Shown here in pieces: positions 27,691-34,679 of a stretch of DNA of 34,679 nucleotides. The stretch's first letter is position 1. Each line of letters opens with the position of its first letter. The position numbers and the translations under genes are program-made. Source of the DNA: a virus (lineage: Duplodnaviria > Caudoviricetes); the IMG/VR virus record IMGVR_UViG_3300020045_007409, positions 1-34,679 of that record, one strand, 5' to 3'. The notes beneath the pieces were generated by a model. It made no database searches, was not told the origin of the DNA, and worked only from the letters and a program-made list of their open reading frames with translations.

Positions 27691-28875
27691 TTATTTATGC
27701 GCTGAAAAGTATTTTCCAATATAGTCAATTTTCACGCTCGAATTAAGTGCTGGAGCTATAAAATGAATAGCAACAGTCTCATCGCTATGCTTTTTGGAAA
27801 GGCTGGTTACGCTGGCATTGGTTAAACAGAAATATTTATTAAGAGAACCATCTAATATATTGGCATAAACAAAGTATACGTTAACAAATGATTGTTCAAA
27901 GAAATAACTAGAAGGCCAAACTGAAATAAACCAATTTATGTTTTTAAAATGTTCCCTCATTCTATTCGTATTACTAAATGCGTATTGTCCAGCATTGAAT
28001 GGCATATTACTTTGCTTAGTAGCAAGAGAAACAATCTCATCAGTATTGAATTTTAAACCGTGATAATGTGTGTTATATGATCCTATGAACACTTCTTTAT
28101 TGGAAACTGAATAAAATACATCGTCATTTGTGATATCATCAAATATAATATTTAAATCCTTTACAGTAATTATATCACAATCTAAAAATAATATTTTATT
28201 ATAATTATTGATTAATTTAAAATCATATATCTTCATTTTATTCATACTAGCCTCAATTCCATCTATAGGTTTATTGATTAAGTGATAATGAACATTAAAT
28301 TCAGATATAATATCAAGTGAGTCAACTGATACTTTTGTGACTTCATCTATTATTAAAAGAACATCAAAATCAATATTCGGTGTTTTTTCTTTGATACTTT
28401 CAAGCGATTTATTCAGTAGCTGAACATAGCCATCACCATAAACCGTGTAATAAAGTAGATTTTTATTACCAAATGGTAGATTCGGAAGAACATTAATCTG
28501 CGAAATATTATTCTTTAATATTGAAAAAATAGTGTTCTTATCATCATCAGTGTTTTTAAATGGGGTGATGGTATTTATTTTTATATACGGATCAGTTGTT
28601 ACTGGAGCAGAATCGTTAAAAATGATATCATTTTTAGATTCAAATTCAAATCTTTTTTGGATTCCGTTCTTATAATTTACTATATAGTGTATAGAAGTAG
28701 CATCTTCAAAAATATAATCATTAATTGATAAAAATCTAAGATTTGACTGTATAATATTTTGAACATTATTAGTTAAATCTACCCGGTCTACTCTTGTATT
28801 TTTTGTAATAACTAATTGGGCACTAGTAATAGTTCCTTGGTCAACTCTAAATGTTGATGGAAGTTTGATTTTCAT
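27691..28875 (-). CDS. GT-A fold glycosyltransferase (GT8-like) with ~135-aa N-terminal extension
   Basis: YNKILFLDCDII (DxD), FNAG, FEQSFVN, IHF. Confidence 0.8.
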   Translation of the reverse strand: MKIKLPSTFRVDQGTITSAQLVITKNTRVDRVDLTNNVQNIIQSNLRFLSINDYIFEDATSIHYIVNYKNGIQKRFEFESKNDIIFNDSAPVTTDPYIKINTITPFKNTDDDKNTIFSILKNNISQINVLPNLPFGNKNLLYYTVYGDGYVQLLNKSLESIKEKTPNIDFDVLLIIDEVTKVSVDSLDIISEFNVHYHLINKPIDGIEASMNKMKIYDFKLINNYNKILFLDCDIITVKDLNIIFDDITNDDVFYSVSNKEVFIGSYNTHYHGLKFNTDEIVSLATKQSNMPFNAGQYAFSNTNRMREHFKNINWFISVWPSSYFFEQSFVNVYFVYANILDGSLNKYFCLTNASVTSLSKKHSDETVAIHFIAPALNSSVKIDYIGKYFSAHK

Positions 28876-28879
28876 ATAT

Positions 28880-29608
28880 TTATGTAGAACATGCTTCTAT
28901 CGCAGTTACACCAGTTTCATTTACGTAGGTATAGATGTTCCCGCTGTATACAAATGATCCAGTAGAAATCTCTGTAACGGAATTCTGATCCAAATAAACT
29001 CTAGTACCAATCTCTATTGACAATGGATTGACACAAAAATAGCCTCCTAAAATATTGCTTAATGAACAATTATCATATGCGGTAAATTCGGTTAAACATT
29101 CATTAATGGCTGTTATAACACCATCTGTGACATTATATGACAGACCTTCATATGAAAACAATGAAGAGGTATAACTAGAATTGAGGCCGGAATTACTATA
29201 TAGTGGAGTACCAACTATTAATACAGTATCAGAGTATTTTGTATACAGGGTTAAAGACCCTCCCCCACATGATTCAAAGCCTGACCATTCGTTATTACAA
29301 GGTGAATACGTAAGTATTTCACCAGTTATATCAGGATTCATTTGAGCAGGATTATCTTGCGACGGTATATAATAATAAAAAGAACCAGTCATCGGGAAAA
29401 GCAGCTCTGAATCGCTATAGACTATAACTCCAACATCCAATTCATCCCCCACACCAGTAGAAGTATAAACATTGAATGCGCCCGAACCTGCACAATCCTC
29501 TGATACATTCCATACTAAATATATAGGAGAGCCAGAACCAATAGATAGAAAACCTGTTTTGTTTATTCTAGATTTACCTAATACTGAATATTTATTAATA
29601 CTGTTCAT
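28880..29608 (-). CDS. Putative virion surface protein with three Cys-containing repeats (start revised to 29608)
   Basis: Repeats C..VYT..VGVIVYSDS / C..LYT..VGTPLYSNS / C..YF..IGTRVYLDQ; TAATG coupling at 29608. Confidence 0.6.
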   Translation of the reverse strand: MNSINKYSVLGKSRINKTGFLSIGSGSPIYLVWNVSEDCAGSGAFNVYTSTGVGDELDVGVIVYSDSELLFPMTGSFYYYIPSQDNPAQMNPDITGEILTYSPCNNEWSGFESCGGGSLTLYTKYSDTVLIVGTPLYSNSGLNSSYTSSLFSYEGLSYNVTDGVITAINECLTEFTAYDNCSLSNILGGYFCVNPLSIEIGTRVYLDQNSVTEISTGSFVYSGNIYTYVNETGVTAIEACST

Positions 29609-30009
29609 TATAATGATGCAGGCCAAATACCCATTGTTTTAATTTCATTTTCAGTCTTTGCGGAATTTATCCAAAATTGCGGAAATGACTCAAATACGTT
29701 TAATTCGTTACCTTTACTGACTTCAATAAGATCAATTAAATTTTGAAGATCAATATTGTCTATATAGTTTAGTGCAACAAACGGTTCTAATATGTCAATT
29801 ATTGGCTCGATATCAGCATCTAAATGTACGGGAATAGTAAAGTTAGTGTCTACTTGTAGCCACACAGAACCATCTGTCATTACTTTTGTAGCGAACATAT
29901 TTGATGTGTCATTGCTTTCGCGAATATTGATTGGACGTGTCAACGACCAAAGGGCACTAGTTAAATTAGATGCCACACTTTGATTAGATGTTTGTATATA
30001 TTTTATCAT
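29608..30009 (-). CDS. Hypothetical protein, possibly chaperone/assembly partner of the upstream lectin-domain protein
   Basis: 133 aa, overlapping both neighbours by ATGA / TAATG. Confidence 0.6.
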   Translation of the reverse strand: MIKYIQTSNQSVASNLTSALWSLTRPINIRESNDTSNMFATKVMTDGSVWLQVDTNFTIPVHLDADIEPIIDILEPFVALNYIDNIDLQNLIDLIEVSKGNELNVFESFPQFWINSAKTENEIKTMGIWPASL

Positions 30010-30935
30010 ATTCCGAAATAAGTTGCTTGCTCTGTGCGAATGGTTTCAAGATCAGTTGAACCAATATCAGAAAACCAAATAACTGCCTCACTCCATTTAT
30101 TACCCGTATTAAAATTACCAGTTGATGAGGATATACCACAAGTTAATATTCTATTGACATCAAATGCAGTGCTATTAGAAGTCAATCCAGACGAAACACC
30201 ATTTAAAACAGATTCTGTTTGTGTCCCAGAAAAGCGAGTTGTTCTGGTAAATGCGCCATATCCAGCAGCAGTTGTGAGATTTAACAACCCTGCTCCCGAT
30301 CTAAATGAATAAAAATTCAATCCAGTATTTCTAAACGAAAGAATCACGCTTCCTGCATTGGCAAAATCACTTGCAGTGTCTTTAGTTAATCCTAGAAATC
30401 TTTCACTATCTAGCCCAGTATCAGCTTGATGACCAACGAGTGTAGAACTGACAGTTGTTCCAGTGTAATCAGTAAAAGAAGATGTCGAATATGGTCCCAT
30501 AGAATTAGAACTTGCAGTCCCGCAAGGTCTAGTATTTGTACCAATAGTTTCAAGAACACCAGAAGAAACAATTCTAAGTTGATTTGCCGCTGTAGATAAA
30601 GTTAAATTTCTACTATTTCCAGATTGGTCATATTTGGTTACTATATGCCCATGCTGAGTGCCTCCTCCAGCAATAACAAATGCAGTTATACTAGCAGTAT
30701 CAAGATTACCATTCGATGTAAATCCGAAATCATATTCTGAATTATCTCCGCTTCTACGAACACGAATCAGACTTCCAGAATAATTGGAAAGCAGTCGTCT
30801 CGAAACGGAGTATGCCCCTGCTAAATTAGAAGAATAACTATCTAATGGTGCAGGAACACTAGAGGAATCTAAAAAACCCATCTTTAGATGCCTAAACTTT
30901 CCAGAAAAGGAATATTTATTAATAGAATTTATCAT
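30006..30935 (-). CDS. ConA-like lectin / arabinofuranosidase-B-like domain protein, putative receptor-binding or decoration protein
   Basis: AYSVSRRLLSNYSGSLIRVRRSGDNSEYDFGF..GNLDT..KYDQSGNSRN; C-terminal SEAVIW..EQATYFGI. Confidence 0.7.
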   Translation of the reverse strand: MINSINKYSFSGKFRHLKMGFLDSSSVPAPLDSYSSNLAGAYSVSRRLLSNYSGSLIRVRRSGDNSEYDFGFTSNGNLDTASITAFVIAGGGTQHGHIVTKYDQSGNSRNLTLSTAANQLRIVSSGVLETIGTNTRPCGTASSNSMGPYSTSSFTDYTGTTVSSTLVGHQADTGLDSERFLGLTKDTASDFANAGSVILSFRNTGLNFYSFRSGAGLLNLTTAAGYGAFTRTTRFSGTQTESVLNGVSSGLTSNSTAFDVNRILTCGISSSTGNFNTGNKWSEAVIWFSDIGSTDLETIRTEQATYFGI

Positions 30936-30939
30936 TTAA

Positions 30940-31242
30940 TTACGCAGATTTACGAAACATTGCATCAACAAAGATGGTAACTTGTGTGTTGGAAGTGTCG
31001 GCTCTACGGAATTCGATTTGTGCAGTGCTGTTAACACCTTCTATAAGATAGAATTTAGCATCCTTAATCTGCATAACAGAAGTCGGATCAAATGATTTTC
31101 TAAATTGAATAGTTGTTCCAGAATCATTAACAAATAGAACTTCGTTAATTGGAGTAACGGCAGACACACCACCAGCGGTTAAAGAAACCCAATTTGTTCC
31201 AGTGGATGATGTTTGGGCAGACAAGAATTTTGAATAAGTCAT
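30940..31242 (-). CDS. Small beta-rich putative structural protein
   Basis: 100 aa, Thr/Ser-rich; TATAAATA 7 nt upstream; heads the surface-protein block. Confidence 0.55.
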   Translation of the reverse strand: MTYSKFLSAQTSSTGTNWVSLTAGGVSAVTPINEVLFVNDSGTTIQFRKSFDPTSVMQIKDAKFYLIEGVNSTAQIEFRRADTSNTQVTIFVDAMFRKSA

Positions 31243-31271
31243 ATAGTTATATTTATATTTTTTTAGAAGAA

Positions 31272-34200
31272 TTAATCCTTTTCATATTCTTCTTTGAATA
31301 TTATATCGTATAACTGATTTACAACTTTTGTGATATTTGTAACACCAGTTAGGGTAGAATTTCCTGATAAGGTTGAAAGTGAATTTACGGATTTATTAAA
31401 GGTGTCAATAAAGTCACCAATAGAATCTTCGGAGAAATCCTCTTCACCCAATGCGTTTAAATCTTCGAATATTTTAACAGAATCTGCCCCACCTTTTACA
31501 GAAGAGATAATTACGTTATCAGAACCAAAAATAGGTATTTTCTTCTGATCCTCGTCAAAAAGATCAAGAAATTTATTCATTGCACTATAACCTAGTTCTG
31601 TTATACCACCTCCGACCATGAAAAGTCCTGAAAGTGGTCCAAGTAAGATATCCATCATTAATTTATTTGTATTATAGATGTCCTCATCTTCGTCCTCTGG
31701 TTTCATCCAATCGGATACAGAAGCACGAATCATCCAAGTGAATAATCCAAATAATACGTGGTTAGTGAATACTGTTTTGTTAAACACTTTACCAAGTCCT
31801 TTTTGTTTTTTAAATTCTGCGATTTCTAGTCCTAGATTTTTACGAGTTTCGCTTGTGAAAAGAGTTATAACCTTTAGAATAGGGTTGTTGGTCAATTCGA
31901 TAGAGGATTTGCCCGCTAATGTGGTTGGCTGGAATGTTTTTAGAATAGTTCTGCGCATACCCTCATTGGCTGCAATTTCTGCATCTGCATCACTTAATTT
32001 AGCCTTTTTAGCCATTTCGTAATGAGCATGATAGGCAATATTTGCTGCTAATGTGCCGCCCAAGGCATCTGCCTGAGACATCGGCTCTAGGGAATATTCT
32101 GCAATAGTGCTGAACATTCCTGGACGGTCAATAGCATCTCTATTTTTAGAAAGATTTACAAGAGCATTTGCACCAGCATTAATACGTTGCTGAATCTCTT
32201 TTGAACCTCGTCTGGTGCTCCAACCACTTAATGCTTTGAAAGTCGCTCTAAACGCAACAGAAGTCGGAATAGAGGCATCTAGGAAAGTGTTGAATGCACT
32301 GGTAAGGTTGATGAGTATAGTTCTTAGGTTATAGCCCATTATTCCACGTGCAGCAGCCACAGTCATTTTACGAATTCTATTAGACACAACACTGTTAAAT
32401 GTGGTGTCACGAATACCATTTGTTTCAAATGCAGATAAATGACGGAAAAGAGTCTCACGGAAGCTTTTGCCGAATGAATTATCAATAGTATCAGTTATTT
32501 TAGAATCAGTTAGAACAGTTTTAGCAACAGTTAAAGGAGCAGTCATATTTCTTCTGTATATGCTGTTAAGCATGAAGAAGTTATACATTGTTATGAGATT
32601 GTTTCCACCTCCTAATAGATCAAGGTCGATTTCGCGGCTACTTTCTCCAGTGATTTCATCAAAGGTGTTATCAATATTTCCAGTATTTAGCGAAATATCA
32701 TATGAGTTAATTTGTGCTATAGTTTTATTCTTAAATGGAACTGGGAAGAATCCATCAACAGGAGTTGCTGGAGCGAATCCGTACATTTTTTCGTATTCCT
32801 TTTTAGTTTTTTCGATTTCTGATTTGATCTTCTTTTTAAGAATATTTCTTAAAGTATTAACTTCTGGAGAAATATTATTTTTAAGAGTTGTGATGGTTGT
32901 ATCATCAATGCCTTCCTTTTCAAGGGATTCATTGTAAACACCCATTTCGGAAATATTTAAAATCAATGCTGCTTGTGACTCAGTTATCTTAACCTTTTTA
33001 CCATCCGCTTTTTCTAAGGTGATAGTGTTTTCAGTTAATATATCATAAAGTTTCTTTTTAATAGAACTGTTGGATTTAAGGCCAAAAGCTTTAGCTACAT
33101 CATTCCCGAGATTCTCAGTTAATTGGAAATTATCATCATTTATTTGGAAAAATGCATCTTGGATACTATCTGTTATCTTTTGGAAAGCAGGAGTAGCCCC
33201 TTTACCAATAACAGATGTTTTTAATTTATAAAGCTCTTGCTCTTGTTCTTGAGTTCTATTTTTTGTCTTTGTAAGCTCTGAAATGCGTTTTTGGATTGCC
33301 GAACTTTCATTATTTGGTGATAAAACTTCAAGAAGACTTCCAAATGATAAATGAGTATTTGCAAAATTGCTTAACACATCAAACGTATTACGGAACCAAT
33401 CCTTTGATCCGTTCGAATTAACATTAAGCATATTATCAGTCATTTGTAGCACTGGTGCTGATGTTGCAATTTCCTTCTGAATATTATCAGTAGATTCTTT
33501 TAACAAGTCTTCAAATGTTTGAATATTATTCTTTGCATTTGTTAGATTTTCAAAAAATCTAAGAGCATTCTGTAGTTCGTTGCTATTCTTTTTATCTAAA
33601 CCTGCTAAAGATTTTAGAATATTTGAGCGCAATACCTTACCATAGAATGTTTCACCACTTAGTTCAGACAATATATCAGAATCGGTTATGTTAGGAACAC
33701 CGTTTTCTTTATATATGGAATTATTAATCGCAGATATTTCATTAATTGCCGATTTTTCGTCAAGATTAACTGCATGTATTACAGTTGATTTGACGAAATC
33801 TGGAAGTTCGTCTGTAGTTGATATTCTGTTAGAAATAACTTCTTTATAATTATCAGATAGATCAGAATCGAGCTTTTTGATAGCATCTTTAACCAATGCA
33901 CGCTTTTCATTTAATGACATTGCGTTCAATTCGTCTAATGTTTTAGATTGTCTTGTAACAGCCATCGCCTGTGCGAGAACATTATCAGAATAGTTTCTAT
34001 TATTGATCGCATTGAACAATGGTGAAAATATCTTTCTTATCGAAGCTCTATATTTTTTTGATTGTGATTGGAATTCGTCATTATAAACAGTCCCACGAAC
34101 TAATTCACCAGTTTCATCATCAGTAATTTCATATGTGTCTAATACTGATACAGGTTTTGACGGAATTTGTGTTCCAAAATCGGTTATGCTCTGAGCAAAT

Positions 34201-34605
34201 GATTCGTTACTAAGTGGAGATACTTCTATTTCACCAGTTTGAATATCTGTAGAGTTTTTAGCAGCAATTATAATCTCACGCGCTTTGGAAATAATGTGAT
34301 TTAGTTTTGCTCGTTCTGTCTTATTGAACGATTCGTTGAATAGTGTATATCCGTGTAAAGGTGCATTTTTAGTTTCACCAGCAGCTTGTGCTATTTTCTC
34401 GGCAATGAATGAATCAACCTTATCAAGTTCATTAACTATAAATGGAACCTCATTTCTTGTTTCTAAGAATGCATCCTTTAGTTTATTGATATATTTTCTA
34501 ACACCATTATAGAACTTTTTGAAAAGGTTTTTATCTGTATTATATAATTTTTCAATAAATGACTCATTGAACATTCTTTCGGCGATAAAATCAGCTAACA
34601 GTTCT
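31272..34605 (-). CDS. Giant internal virion protein, C-terminal part (5' end lost at the junction near 34600)
   Basis: Begins ELLADFIAERM (third-ligand helix pattern of zincin/MPTase domains). Ends in an LPD-type helical region (RTILKTFQP..NPILKVITLFTSE). No genuine start codon or promoter box. Confidence 0.7.
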
Positions 34606-34679
34606 AGATGATAACACTGGAACAACTAAAGGTTTTCGTATTGATGGGAACGATTTCGACAATTCTGCCAGTGCTAATG
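34597..34679. repeat. Exact 83-bp inverted copy of 2318-2400
   Basis: aacagttctagatgataacactgg...gccagtgctaatg is the reverse complement of 2318-2400. Confidence 0.92.

Noticed and set aside
28880-30935. Diversity-generating retroelement, given the BPP-1-like virion genes
   Set aside because: No reverse transcriptase, and no TR/VR pair with adenine-specific mismatches was seen.
1690-34512. Numerous short plus-strand ORFs inside long minus-strand genes (e.g. 2548-2871, 9502-9816, 32467-32937)
   Set aside because: Antisense shadows with no start signals or recognisable motifs.
1615-34600. Stop-codon reassignment, tRNA or rRNA genes
   Set aside because: Genes are full length under the standard code, and no cloverleaf or rRNA-like sequence was recognised by eye (tRNAscan not run).
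34606-34625. TTG start (MFQCYHL) of the 1117-aa ORF
   Set aside because: Derived from the inverted copy of 2318-2400, not a genuine N-terminus.

Overview
About 33 kb (~1615-34600) is a low-GC, apparently near-complete genome of a short-tailed (podovirus-like, BPP-1/T7-type virion module) phage or phage-like element. The minus strand carries TerS, TerL, portal, Bbp19-like protein, scaffold, two major-capsid-fold genes, tail tubular A/B, ejection proteins and a giant internal virion protein that appears split across the two window ends. There is also an iteron-type origin next to a divergent Rep-like gene, two HNH nucleases, a holin, and a GT8/sulfotransferase/APS-kinase-like set. I recognise no DNA polymerase, helicase, RNA polymerase, sigma factor, integrase or endolysin. 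Most genes are preceded by a TAAATA/TAAGTA (often TATAARTA) box, in 14 cases exactly 5 nt before the start codon. This matches the sequence and geometry of T4 gp55-type late promoters and suggests a virion-forming satellite that depends on a T4-like or jumbo helper. Other highlights are an internally deleted capsid paralog next to the true MCP and a duplicated pair of small membrane proteins. Positions 1-~1615 look like unrelated chimeric phage fragments, and 34597-34679 is an inverted copy of 2318-2400 (likely amplification chimeras). All calls come from reading the sequence; no searches were run.
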